Positions 36,701-51,700 of a DNA stretch of 64,000 nt are shown here, piece after piece. Numbering within the stretch: the stretch's first letter is position 1; the number at the start of each line of letters is the position of its first letter. Below the pieces are notes generated by a model. That model searched no databases and was not told the origin of the DNA. It was given only the letters and a program-made list of their open reading frames with translations. Location of the stretch: assembly GCA_036172245.1 (NCBI GenBank), contig JAYWIR010000013.1, positions 2,666,001 to 2,730,000 of the forward strand, written 5' to 3'. Both the position numbers and the translations under genes were made by a program. Source of the DNA: Raillietiella orientalis. Its lineage: Eukaryota.

Positions 36701-39700
36701 GAGGAAATGATTACAAGAACCAAGTCCAAAAAATGAATTACGTTACAGGATACAGAATTACAGTCAGAAACAGGAAATAACACTTACCCAGGCGAAAACC
36801 ATATGCAAATAGACAAGGGATTCAAAGTGAAAAATACATTTGATGTTTGTCTAATACTGATAAATGATTTGCAAAAATGAAATGATTCAAACTAAATCAT
36901 ATACAAAATATGAACAAAAACAAATTAAGCTTGGTGTACCATGCTAAAAAATGTGATGCAACAATTCCACCAAGCATTGAAAAATCATCACCAACTATTA
37001 CATTAATGATGTGAACCTCGTGCAAAAAAATCCGCAATAATTGTGAAAATTCTGACATCAAGTGCATTCAAAGCAATGCTTGTGTTAACTTTCAGCGCAA
37101 AATGGTTTCAATACATCAATTTCTTTTAGGATTTACAATTCCATATTATAGGCTTAAATGATATTGACCAAAATATTGAACATTACGAAACTGAAATTAC
37201 AGTGAAGTAGAAATGCATGCATGGCTGTTACCTGCTCCCTAACGAAGCCATTAGGGCTAGTGACTTGTCTCACAAGCTCATGTGTCACATGTTGAAGAGA
37301 CTTTTGTTGTGTCAAAATCAAAGATGGATGGCTGTCTGCAGGAAGTTGACTAGCACAGAGATGAAGCATCTTTTCTAAGTTTGATTTTGCCATATCCACT
37401 GCACCACTGGATACCTGTTCAAAACAATAGCACATCATTTTATAGCAAAGCAAAAATTTTTCCTAACTTTTCCAGTAAGAGCCATCATCACATACAACAT
37501 AGCTCTAAGAAACATAAATTGATGCTCCAATACCCAATGAAGAGACATGCGTTCAAATAAGAACTTGATAGCAATACAACCTCCTAATTTGGCATACCAT
37601 GCTTGCTCATAGCAAAGAGAACACATTTTCTCAACCAAGTATTCCATCATTGGCAGTTTGCATGCCTAAAACACATATTAAGGCATGGTTCTCAAGGAGC
37701 ATAGAGACAGTACTCTCTCTTTGGAACCTAAAACACTGGTGGTTATGCTTAGCATGATCATCATGGCAACATGTCCAGGTTTGCAAAGTTCTTTTTCTTC
37801 GTGTCCCATTATAGTCGCCAAGGCATCTATGAGAACCAGAGGGTCCATACCCCCAATTTTATTTTGACGTTGAGCATTACATGGAAAAGGTCCTGGAATA
37901 ATTTTAAGGGAATTAATTTTGAACAGTGCTGTATTCGACTTTGGAAAAGCACTGGCACAAATCTGAAACTGAGAAGTAAAACTTTGAAACAAAGGACATC
38001 AAAATGACATCACAAAAGGATGTGAGAGATAGGTCAGAGTAAGATTGGAGTAAGGATCAGCGTAACAATAGAGTAAGGGTCAGAGTAGGATCAATCTCAA
38101 TAGAGCTAGTGCATACAATTTTTAAGAATACTGATTTAAGAATTGCTTTATAACTACAACATCATGATTCCTTAAATAATTTTACATGAACACCGATAAA
38201 AATGAAATCCAAAAATCAGACAAGAGACCCTTTTGGTAAATTAATTTCTTAAACTTAATTGAGAGAAGGTAGTAGGTACTAATTCAAAACAAAAAAATAA
38301 CGAACTTAATAAATTGTCATGTTACAAAAAAAAACTGCCATTTAACAACTTACCAGCTTGCTGTGCAATAGCTGCTAGAGTATAATGACGAACAATTGAC
38401 AGCATGTGAGGGAAAACAAACTGCCTCAATTCTTTCACTGCAGCAGCTACAAACAATGCAGTTAATGCATTTTGTTGCACCATTCGTGCTTGAGAATCTG
38501 GACATTTGTATAGACTTCCAGATATTGGAATAATTTCATTTTCCTGAAGGCTAAGATGAAAAGTTTGTGATTTGTAAGAACTGTTTTCAGATTCTTCAAA
38601 ATTTAGTTATGACCACAAATACAGAAATACAGAAAAAATATAACCAATTCAAAGTAAGAAAACATAGTCGAATCATTCACAAAGCAAACCAAAGCAAGGA
38701 TATTCAAAGAGCATTGCTGGAATACAAAAAAAAATAACTATTAAATTTAAGTACCTTGGATGCATTAATAATTTTTGCAATGTGAGTATATCATCATCTG
38801 ACGAAATACTTAGAAACAAATAACATCGTATGAATTCCCAGCATTGCCTTCTATAAATAGGATTTGTTGTGCTCAACTTCAAAGCAGATAGGGCCACTTC
38901 TACAGCCTACGAATCAGAAGGACATTTAAAATGTAATTTAATAAATGCTGAAAACGAAACGGTGTTGATTTTTTTCAAAATTATGTCTGAAATACTGATT
39001 TATAGTCTGCATCTATTTTCTCAAATAACGGAATGAATATTCAAATTTTTTGACAAGGGAGGAAACCTATGGCATAAAATAATGGCAGACCGTCATTATA
39101 ATCATTACTGAGCAATTTTTTTGAAATTTGAATTCGATACACTGTTACTTGCAGATGATAATTGCTTACTAAAACTACAAGTATATGTAAACAGCAATAA
39201 ACAATGAAATTTATGAGCCAATTGAATTTGGAAATCAGTTATATTAAAAAACTTTGGAAACCTTCCTGTGGAACTGAATTTTGAAACACATTTAAAATGA
39301 GTTTCCTATCTTTTTGAAAATGGCATTGAAAGAACACATAATAACGAATTTAATTTGTATTCGAACTGCAACTGTATAGGATGCAATGCAGCTTTCTTCT
39401 TAATTTTTCTGCTCCATTTGGACATGTAAAATTATTATACAATACCAAATAATAATCAGAACTTGAAAATCATTTCTTCTACGAGAATTTAAAAGTTCTG
39501 ACTTAACTATGCAATTTAATTAGGTGAAACGTTTACATGAACTGTTCAGAGTATTTCAACAATCACAATCGTGAAAATCACAAAAGAAACACAAGAAAAT
39601 TTAAATCCTTTAAAAGATTTTTAAAAATAACAACGAATATTAATAAAATAACAACGATAATTAACACTACGTTACGCAAATTCGATTGTCTTTTATGAAA

Positions 39701-42700
39701 ATACTACTATTCGAGAATATTCATTAATAAAAATGGCTTTGACTGAGAATATTGATATCATAAATCTATTACTTTTCCGTAATTTCATGATATATTCCGG
39801 GAGAACCGAGCTGAAAAATGAAAATTTCGTTTTGAAAATACAAAAAACTAAACTGTTGAAATCATATTGTAAACCAGTGCCATGCACAAATATTATTATT
39901 TACTAATGGAATTAATTACTAATAATGAAAGGAATGAGAATTTACTTTATCAATTGGAAAAGACACTGAAGGTTTAATATCCAAAAAATGAATACTAATG
40001 TCAACAGGTGAAAAGTCCAAACTTTTATACTCAAGCTTCTGTGGCTCAATCATCATTTTTCTATTTCCACCACCGAATTTTCCCAAAACTCTAAAATACA
40101 ACCAAAAAAGAACAGTAAGTTGTAAAAGTTTAACTTAGTTTTATGGCAAATTGAACGCAATAGTTTTCATATTTCATTCAATTATGTTTCTGAAAATACA
40201 TCTTCATTTTTACCGAAATGCAACGTGAGAAATTTGATCTGAAGGATTTCTAAGTGTTTTCCACAATGCCTGCATTAACTCCGCTCTGACAGGTTGAATA
40301 TGTTCATATAAAAAATCAGGTTGCAAATTATCTACACATAACTCTAGCGTTCTCAAACCCTGAAAAACACACACTTAAACAATACAATGCACAAAGTATG
40401 CTAAACATGTTACAAAGATCAAATATAAGCTAGAAACTTTTTCAATATTCTTTTCTGTACTTTTAGAACTTTAAAACTATTATTCAAGATTTTAGAACAA
40501 ATTATTACAATATAAAGAATTAGTTGCCAAATGAGATATGCAATTCAACATTAGCACTAATAATTTTACCAATATTCCGTATTACTAAAGTACAAAAACA
40601 TCATAATAAAATTAAAAAGCTAAAAATTTACAATTTTTTATCTGATTCAAAAATTGGACAAAACATACTTGACTGACTAAAGTCTGAGAGCCATTTAAAG
40701 CTGACACTAATGGGTCCATTAACATGGGTAAATATGGCAAAAGGGAACTTAATCTCACTGGTACAGTTAAACAGAGTTCCACAAACAAATCTTTCATATG
40801 CTGTTTGTGTAATCCACTTTGTAGTGAATTGAGACCTGATAAAACAAAAATTTGAAAACTTAGCATAAACATACATTAAGCTTACTATAAACTAAATAAC
40901 TTGGTCCCCGCACTTTTTGACAATATAATAAGAAAAAAAAACACATTTGAATGAATAACCAAACAAAAAATGCTCATTTAAGGAAGAACCCCATATTGTA
41001 CCAATAATGCTTTACAAAATATTCACAAGCGGATATTGCCTAAAAAAAGATTAAAAAAAAAATTGATCTGATTTAAATATTAAATTAAAAAAGTCTAAAT
41101 TTAAATAGAAATCAAACAGGAGGAATCACAGATTGGCGATTGGCATGACCAGCAAGCTGTTATTACAAGCTATTTGGAATACTGAATAAAACATCAAGAA
41201 AGAAATACTAAGAAAACAAAAGTGTTAGAAAAATGAATTTTATTATGAATTTTATTATTTAAAATGAATTAATTTTTTTTTCTCTCCAGATTTACAAGTG
41301 CATTAAGCCTAATTCAAAATACATAACAGCCAATTTCAATGGAATAGCTGCATGCTTCCAAAAAAGACATATTCATTGTCCAAAACACATCAAACATAGC
41401 ATGAAATGTCCATTTTAGACACCTTGATATATCACAGACATATAGTACTATAAGGTAAGCTAAACATTTCATTAAAAAGGGGTAGAAAATGAACATCTCG
41501 AGTATTTTAGCAATATGCAATAAATGTTCTTGTAAATTTCAAAACACTCCCGAATTTTTCATGCAATAGATCTTAATAACAAGCTTTATACTTTCAATAG
41601 ACTTAATGTACCACATGCTGGGATGAGCTTTCAAAATTACATTAATATCAAAAAATTTCAAGATTCCAATCAAAAACTAATTTCCTCTTAAGAATCATTT
41701 AAACAATTCTCAAAATCACACTCAAATTTACCATGTAAAAACCTAATAGAAATTCTAAGCATACACAAAACTAATAATTTCCTAATCTCTTCAGAAATTG
41801 GTCTTGAAATTTCAGCAACAAAAACTAGAAATGAAACCAATTACTTTTATGGTGTTTATTGGATATTAGAAGACATAAGAGAAACCTTAGAATAACCTCG
41901 ATTAATGCTTCAAAAATCGTGATGAACACTTCTGTGTTTTGAACTTATCATATGATATATCTTTAAATATAATACAAAACCAAAAGTAGTTTTCACATAT
42001 TCCCAAAAATACGCAGTCATACAAATAGAGCAACATGGTGATGAAAAAGATTTAACAAACTGGTAATACGCAATCAAGGAATAAATATGCAAAGATAACA
42101 TGCATGAATATTGTATGTAACCGAATTTAAATATTTAATCCTTTAAGATGCCAATTCATTGGTAAGTAAATGAATGTGAAAATAATTGGGAAGAAAGTGA
42201 TACAGATAGCATTTATTTCAAGTATGATCTGAAATAAATGCTATCTGTATCACTTTCTTCCCAGTTATTTTCACATTCATTTACTTACCAATGAGTTCGC
42301 ATCTTAAAGGATTAAATATTAAATTTGAATTTTGGCCTTTTTTTTTTTTTTTAATGCAAAAAAAGCTTTCCCCGATGGATTTTTTATTCCAGGATTATAT
42401 ATTCCTAATAAATGTTTTCGATATGATAGCACACGCATTTTAGCATTAAATTTTCATGATTTTGAAAATGAGCCCAATGAAATAGCCCAATGAAAACAGA
42501 AGTTTTTTTTGATGATTTTAAATATCAAGGCAGTAATTACTCCTTGTAAAGATTTTGTTGGACTTATGATTAACGATTTATTTATTCATTTTATATACCT
42601 GTACTATGCATAAATTCACTGCAATGAAATCTTAAGGAACTAATCGTGAATAGTTGGTCAAAGATTGTTAAAAGAAAAAACCAGGAAATAATAAAATAAA

Positions 42701-45700
42701 AAACTAAAAATTCACAAACAGCAGGATACAAAAAGTTTTTCATAACAGGAATTAAGGATTCACAACCAAAAAACTCCAGAGAAAACTAACAAATTATAAC
42801 AATTTATGATGTAAACTAAGATTTGATACAATCTGTTGAAAATTGAGTATCCTTCTCACTGTACACAAACTTATTGAAGTTTACATGTAATGTTTCACTC
42901 AATTTTAATTACTTTATAAGACTGTGATGCCTGATTATCAAATGTAATTTTTCTATAATTGAAAACTACAAATCTTAATCTTAATTTCTTACTTCTGTAT
43001 GTAATAAAAAATTATTAATACAGACATGCAAACAGGCATAAAACAACAGCAAGGAATCAACAAAATTATTTTATAATTTTGGGTAAAAAAAATAAAAAAT
43101 AGCAATTGAAACACTTTTTTCTAGAAATTAGTTTACAAACATGCATTTTACAATACCTTGCAGCAAATTGGGCAGTAATGGAAGAAATTCCTGATAAAGC
43201 AGATCATGACTTCCTCCACCAATTGAGCGAAATAAAGCTCGAAGCAGAAGAAAATAATTATAAGGTTCTTTAGCATGAACAGCAAGTTCCATTGAATGAT
43301 TTACAATAAGATTCAAATATGGTCTGAGCATTTGTTCATTTTCATTTGCAAATAAGGAAACACTTCCAAATACAAGTTTAAAAAGCTTTAGATACAAATT
43401 GGACTTTTCTAAATTTGATCCCATTTCTTCCATTCTGACAAGCAAATAATCAACCAAAATTGTTGCAAAAATAGGTGATGTTGGATTATTGGCCAGAAAG
43501 GAGTTCACAATGATCTGAAGGGCACTGTTTTTGTATATTCTCTCCACAACAAAATCAATTGTAACAGTAAATATTTCCTTGAACGTGTTTTGGTTCATCA
43601 TACCAAACTAAAAAGAGACCAAAATACTTGATTAAAAAATTAGAAATAATGCAGCAATGTTGCGCAAAGTTTTTATGGCTAATGTGTAGTTTGTAAAAAT
43701 AAATGCATTTGCCTATTGATTCTTCAATTTAATTTTTTTTATATGCTTTCGTAAATCGTGTTGTTTTACAGGTCTTAATTACCGAGCTCTTGTCACACTG
43801 CTAGAAAAGCCATTATCATTTCATTACCAAACTCCAAAAGTCACCTCTTAATTTACTTATGGTTGTTAAAAAAACCAAGATTTTTCACACAGTGTTCTCT
43901 GGAAATGAAAAATTATCTCTTTGGAATACTGCAAAAAACTAGTGAAGTTTTTATGCTGATCTTATTGATATCTTTTTTATTAACAAACTGCACACACACA
44001 TACCTACACATAAATTAAGAGTTAACTCATACTGATACTGCACTCCCTGTCAAACTGATTAACAAAAAAAGTATTATTGCTCCAGGGTTACTCAAAATTG
44101 TTGAAGTATTTTTCTTGTTTCAAAAAAACCTAATAGCTTTGTTTTTCAGAGTGAGATTTAAAATGTAATCAGTCTTCAATAGGAGAACTTACATCTATCT
44201 TGAGAACTTGAAAATTCATTTCCTGCTCTATAAACCATGTTCTTCGAGTACATCCTAAAACCATGAAACCAGTACCTCTTGAAATAATATCAACTTTAAA
44301 TTGGAACTGTTAAAATTCTTAATGTCAACAAACAGTCCACAAACAAGACACAGATTCAATTGGATGAAATATGTTTTATTCCCAAAAAATGATTCACAGG
44401 GAAATTCTGCCAAATTTGGGCTCAAAGAATACACCAGACTTGACAACATTTAGAATTTTAACTCCTAAGCACTTCGAACCTTTTTTACATAAAGAAAAGA
44501 ATCTTACTCAAGCAAAACACAAATGAATATATTATTTATTCACTCATTTTAATACTTTAATTTCAAAGACAACTTGTACTAAAGGCTTCAAATATGCAAT
44601 TTACGTTGAATTTTATTCAGTTATGCAGAACACATCTATCATTCAAACTCATCCGTCTTGCTGCTCGGGAACCTTTCTTAAAAACAAACAGAAGTTCAAA
44701 GATAATTACCTCCTACTAACTGTAATGAAAATTTTATGCAATTTTTTAGCATTACCTAGTTTTCCATAGTACATAGATTCTCATAATGTACTTCATAAAC
44801 ACAATAATCATTATAAAAACAAGCATCCGACCATGCAAATTTTTTTTTATTCTCACAAGAATTGTTAAGTAAGAACTGAAATCTTTAAAAGACAAACAAT
44901 ATTCAATATGGCACTCGGGACTTAGAGATGGAAATGCCTCCTATTTACTGGGATTTTTAAATGAAAATTCTATTCTAGAAATGGTTGAATTTTGACTAAT
45001 GAATTACAACTTTCTTTTTCACTCTGTGTTCATGCTCTCTAATTTACAGTTCGTTCCTTCATGCAACTGGAGCTAACATTACATGATCATTTAGTAAGAA
45101 ATTCAACTTTTCCTTTTGTAATCTAGAGTTTCAAACACAGAATGTAATTTGAAATCCTCAGTATTATCATGGGAAGACTTCTTTACATACCATGTCCTAA
45201 GCTTTACTACTGGATTCATATCACCATTACAAAGAAAAAGAATATTACAATTAAAACTATTGTGGATTATATGGAATGGATTTGTTTTGTAAACTATTGG
45301 AATATTTTTACTTGCCTTTGAGTTCCTGTGAACATTTCATTTTAGCTCTAATGACAGTTCACTTGAGCTTCCTAAACTGTTATCTTTAACAATAGTTTAG
45401 GAAGATCTAGTGGACTGTTATTCTAAGTCTACTCATTTCTGAAAAAAAGAAATATAAAAACGTATATGATTCTTGCGAATATCGTTTACTTAGCATGCTG
45501 ATTGTTTTATCTTTAACTTCGCTTTTAGGCAATGAAATTATTTCTATGTCCACATGCCTAATAAATACGCCTTGAAAATACATTTCAGTTTCGGGCATTT
45601 TATGAATTCATAATGTTATTTAGATGAATTAGTCAATCTAGAAAATAATGTATATACTGAAAGACATAATTTCAAGGAATCTATAAATATGTTATAGAGA

Positions 45701-48700
45701 TAAATACAATTTGAGCTGCAATATTTTCAAGAAGCTTGAACATAATCCATCACAAATCTATTAAAAAGAACATACTGTCACTATTATATGCATTGTGTTC
45801 TTGAAATATTATCCACCATGAAAAGTAGGCTATTATTATATGAAACAGTTTGACACCATTCTTTGCTGAGCATTTCCTGCAGTGTAAATTGACTTACATT
45901 TGAGAAATACATCAAAAATGAAATGCTCATTGTAACCCTTTACATTAAACTGAAACATTCTCGTTGGTCTCAGGAGCATCGTTAATGCATCCTGATGAAA
46001 ACAATTATATCCACATGCATGATAAATCGGAATTCATTTGTTTATTGTTTCTTTCCTCATGTTCCTTTCCATCAGTTGGTGTTGCTGTTTTTCTCCTGCA
46101 ACATTAGGGTCATTGCTTTTCCGAGTAATCACTTACTTTATTGTTTAATTTGAGTGTCTCATATTATTTGCTCGCAAAGTATAAACACATCATTTTGCTG
46201 CATTTATACAACTATGTTTGCATTTTTTTTTAAAAAAGGAAAAACATGAACATACCATAATATAAGCATACAGTTATAATAAATGAAACATAATTTGTTA
46301 TAAATAGATAATGTGAAAAGTGTAAAGGAATATTGCTTCTCAATGCCTACTTACCACCCCAGCAAAGTGTTCTAAAACTTCCTTTTCTTCTTTACTTCTA
46401 ACTGTTTGCATGGATATCCTGGAATTAGCTTGACTATTTGCACTTGGGGAAACTGAACTGGATGAATTTCCGGGGCTAAGGATATAAATGTCTAGAGCCA
46501 GCATGCCCCATTTCACCAAACGTATGAAAAGTGAGGTTTCCTTGGGGTAAAACTGCTTTGTTTGGTTTGGTATATCCGAAGATGTCTAGGGTAACAGCAC
46601 TTAATATTAATATCATTAAATATATTCTGCACAACTTTGCAATTATCATAAAGCAGTGTGCCCACTATAGAAAACATGGAGCAACTAATTACAAGAAAAA
46701 GCATGATCTTCCATGGAATTACAAACATATTAACAAAAAAATTAGTATAGCAGTAAGCAAACATACAAGGGTAAAACTTGTTTTCAAATAATAGGAGATC
46801 TAAAAATTAGACGTTTGTCTTGTAGTCAGGTAAGCAATCAGCAGGTATCCGTGGCTAAAGTTTTAAGACAAAAAATGAATTATTGTTATGCTAAATTACT
46901 TCAAGATAAAAGCAGAATAGTTAACTTATTGTATTAAACTTTAATGAATAAGTTTACTATGCTGAGGAGCTGAAAAAAAATTCATTTTCTCCTGCTGCAA
47001 TATATTTTGGAAATGCTAAAACTCCCTATCAAGTGAGTGTGATCTAGTTTTGTCTGAAAGTCTGAAAATTAAGCACATAGATAGTTTATGGCTGGTCTAC
47101 TAGGCAGTAACATACATAAAATGAAATGATTTTGTAGATAGTTATGTATCAATCATAGCTATCATCAATTAGGATTTTGTGCCCATCTTACAGGATGATG
47201 TTATATTTTCTTGAAACATTTTAATTTTATTATGCCAACTTTTTTTCTCTTCAGAAATAAAAATTCATGCTTTTCAATTGGAATTGTTCTCCAAATTACT
47301 TTCTTATACTAACCAATCCTTCAACATTACATACAGAATATAGGACACTCACCAACAGTCGATTTGGACTTCAAAAACAGGAACCAATTTTATCGTGTAT
47401 TTTTATGGGTTTAATCTATGAATGAATGTTGAATATTCGAATGTTATAGGTGAAATGAAAAGCACTACGTAAATGAAATTTTGCATCTACTGCTTCCCAT
47501 GAAAGTATGTAGAATCAAAAAAAGAATAAAAATGAAAAAAAAGAATAAAATTGAAACGTACACCTTTTTGTGTAGTTTGTTCATTCCCGTACACAAATTG
47601 ACTTCAAACAAAAATTATCATTTTTTCTAATAATTCCTTTCAAAAAATTTCCTTCATGCATAAATTCACACAGAACTCTTGAAAGGTTTTCTTTCCTCAA
47701 CTTTTTTCTCCTGTTCTCAACCCCTCCTATAAGTGGGATTCACTACTTATAAATGTAATGCCTTAAAATTGACCACACTTTTTTCCCAGTGAGAATCCCA
47801 CATAAATAACAATACTTGTATTACATGATACTTGTTCCATATTTTTGCTAGGGATAAACGCATTTTTACTTTTAACGAGAACATGCTTGACATTAACAAA
47901 GTCTAATATAAGTTTCAACTAAGTACTGTCAACTCTTAGCACTGCATATATGAAGGGAGCATACAGAAAGTTTATTTGAAGCAAACAATTTGCCCAATTG
48001 GTTGCTTAAATATATGCTCACATTGTTGTGAGAAACTTCCTTTGAATGTTTGAAAGACAGCACACAAATGTGACTTATTGGATCCACTTCAACACTCCAC
48101 AAAACTGAATTGATGTTCTTCATGAAACATTCTTAGAAAGCAATTTGTGTTAGAATAGTTTCATATCTTAATAAAAAAACCAAAACGAAAAAAGAAAAGA
48201 GTCTCCAATTATTTGAAGATTTTGTTAATGTTCTGATTTCTCTTTTGATAGGGTCTAAGATGTGTTCTATAGTAAAGATCAGTATAATTTCAATTTTGAC
48301 GAAAACCTCTTAATGGAACACAAGTTCTCAAATCTGTGCACTTGAGAGTTGATAAAACGTATTTTGAAAAGATCTGTTGTGTTGTATGTTGTGTTGCAAG
48401 CACAAACACTGTAAGCCAGGGATACCAAAAAATAGACTACATAAGAAAAAAAACTAATTCACCATAATACAAGTCAAAAATGAAATTGCAAATATTTCAA
48501 AACAAAGCATTTTGAACTTTGTGCGAACAATAATTAGATTAAACTAGTGCTACTATATAAATAAACAATCAATAAGAAAGCACCCAAACAAGCAGATGTA
48601 ACTATCAATTCACTTTTTATGACTTATGGCTCAGTGAAACTTTATTGTAAGCACAAGTAAAAGATTTCAAAACAAGAACATTTCTAGCAACCGCGCTTCC

Positions 48701-51700
48701 ATAGATAGAAAAGAGAACTTTATCTTACTTTACAAGCTGTGCATCCCCATGTGATTGTCTTGACTCCACAAACCAAGGTCTTTACAAGACCACGGCAATC
48801 ACCTACAGAGACCAAGTGATTATTAAACAAGGAAGATTTTCTTTCAGATTCAGAATTTTTTTCATCTGATTTGGCATCAGAACTTCCATTCTGCTGTTGT
48901 CTAAATGAATTCAATAAATATGATACACCATTATACAGAATTTCTTACATTTTCTTCATTAAAACTGGAAGTTGAAATTTTGAAACACTTTTAAATTTTA
49001 AAACAAAAACTTCCAAAATTCGAATCAGCAACTCTCTGCTGTATCCATCAGGTTCTGTCTCGCTTTTCTGGCGGATGCATTCAACTAAATTCAGTAACAA
49101 TTTACAAGACATAGTTTGAATAGTAGTAGGGAGGGTATCATCATGAATATTTTTTGCAAACAAATGTACAGCTTTTGTTATATCAGTCAAGGGCAGATGT
49201 TCTCTAACATGATGAACAAGATCTGCAAGAGTGCTGTATGCCAAAGGACGTAGTGTTTCTTGTGCTGTCCATCCATTACCAAATAAAACTGCTTCATCAA
49301 ATAGTGTGTTCATGTTATTAACAAATTCTGAAAATGATGATAATATAATACAGTTGTTATTGTTATTTTCCTATTTTATTAAAATGAAATTGAAACTGAT
49401 AGAAAATGCTGCTACAGTGATAACACAAACAATTAATGAATGCTTTAGAATGCATGAAATTCATAAGATCCTATGTGACTGGGGTGGCAGCTTTAAAAAA
49501 ATTGTAGCGAAATTTTATGAATGGCAGTTTCTAACTTTGGACTTTACACACTATGTGCAATGCTTTAACTTTGCTCAATTCAAAATGAGCTATAAAAACA
49601 GCTCATATGAATTACAGACACAATCTAAAGATAAAAAACAAAATTTACTTCTTTTTTTAAGTTTCTGAGAAAAATCACAAAATTCTACATATATTCAGCA
49701 TTAAAGATTTTAATACAACTGAAGTTCAATTTGACTAAGTGCATTAGAAACAAATAACTGTGATGTACAAAGTTATGATCAAATACTTCCATTTTATTAT
49801 TATAAATGGATAACATAGTTAATATTCCTTTTCATTATACAAGAAAAATTAATGATGACTTACTTATTCTGAGATCAGTGGATAAAATGTGCCTTGCAGC
49901 TACTAATAGTTCTTTTCTAAGGTTAGCAACTTCAGATGGACAATGGGTCAACAAATCTATTAACCCTGTCACCAATAATGAAGAATGTTGATTTACTACT
50001 TCCTGGTAAACTTTTATAATATATGCAAGAAATGAAAGTGTTTTGATTTGGGCTGCAAGAAAATCTATGAATACTTCTTTATTGAAAGAAGGATTGGATC
50101 TAAAATAGTAAATGAAGATTAGCATTTAAATTATAAATTCATTAATATGTTTTTCCAATTCAAGACTCTAAGCAAATCATTGAATTGGAAGGCAGTCTCT
50201 CATTAAATCGGTAAATACAATATAGCAATTTACTTTTGATAGTGTAAGGTATGATTTGAAACACTAAAAACTAATGTTCTAAAAAAAGGACACGAAATTC
50301 CATAGTATGAACTGAATACTGAACTGATTTAAGTACCATTTGAAAACCTTCATATTATATTTAGAAGTACTGCTTAGTGAGCTTAGTGAGATTTCACAGT
50401 TTTATTCACTTACTCCAACACAAAATTTAATTTTACCAATATCATATTGAACATCTCTAAGAGTAATATAATAAAATAGAATACAAATATAATACAACAG
50501 GACTTCATATTGGATGTTATAATTCTGGATGCAACACAACCTAAAGTCATTACAATTTGCACTATCTGAACAAAACTTGAAAAATCAGCCAAATATTATT
50601 TAAAATTGAAAAAGAAAAACAGGGGAGAGAGTTGCAGAGGTGGAAGGGGCAGATACAACCCAATCAGCATCTGTCAGCTTCTTGAAATCTCTATGCCACT
50701 TTAAAGTTTACAGATTATTACAAGAAACATAACAAAATCTGTTCATTAGTTTAATCCAAGACGAATAATAAATATTTAATACAAAAATGCTTCAAATTCA
50801 CTCCAATACCACCATCACAACCGATAAATAGAATGATGTACCATGCAAATGGATTGAGCATTAATAAATCGCATATGTAAAATGGAAAAAATTCCATGCA
50901 TTTTGTGCAAATGCAAAGCACAAAAGTGAGACCACATACAAATACAGAAATTGGCATTGAATATGTGTTTTTAACAATTAGAATAATAGATGAAAAGGTC
51001 CCTACGTATTCTAAATTGGAATTAATATTTCCTGTAGTAATTTAGGGCGAGACATGATTGAAATTTAAAATGAAATTTTCACTCCACTTGGATTGAATTA
51101 CAAAACTTGAAAACAAAAGTGAGGAGTTAAAATACTGGCAGACTTTGTAACATGTAAATATGAAATAGTATCAGATAGATACTGGCAGTCACCTTTGTTG
51201 TGGCAATGGCTGCAAAATAATTGCACTCATAATTAATGGAACAAATTCTTGAACTTCTTCATGAACACTCTGTTTATATAACTGATAGATAAGAACTACA
51301 ATAATAGGAAGTTCTGCAAGTATTTTCAGAGATAAAATGGATTTGGGCAACAAGTTGAACTAAAAAAACAAATCAGCATAAGTACAACATCTATAAAAAG
51401 GAAATTGTTGGGATGACATGTATTAAATAAAAGAACTTACTGAAAGGACTGTAGCACCTTGCATACCCTTTTCACTCTGTATTGTTGAAACAGTATATGT
51501 CTGAGATAATAATGTATCTAAATTAACTTCAGATATATCCTTCACTTTCAAGGCTATCTTTGGTTGGAAGATTTTATTCATGTGATTTGGTAAATCTGTA
51601 TACACAGCTTTCACAAAGTTTAAAAAATGAAGTATCTAACAAAATTTGAGAAACAAAAGCATTATTTGGTTTATAATTTGAGGAAATGACTAATTTATAA

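Noticed and set aside
45970..46030. Hammerhead ribozyme core (CTGATGA after a small hairpin)
   Set aside because: No stem II followed by GAAA and no stem III/cleavage triplet could be formed.
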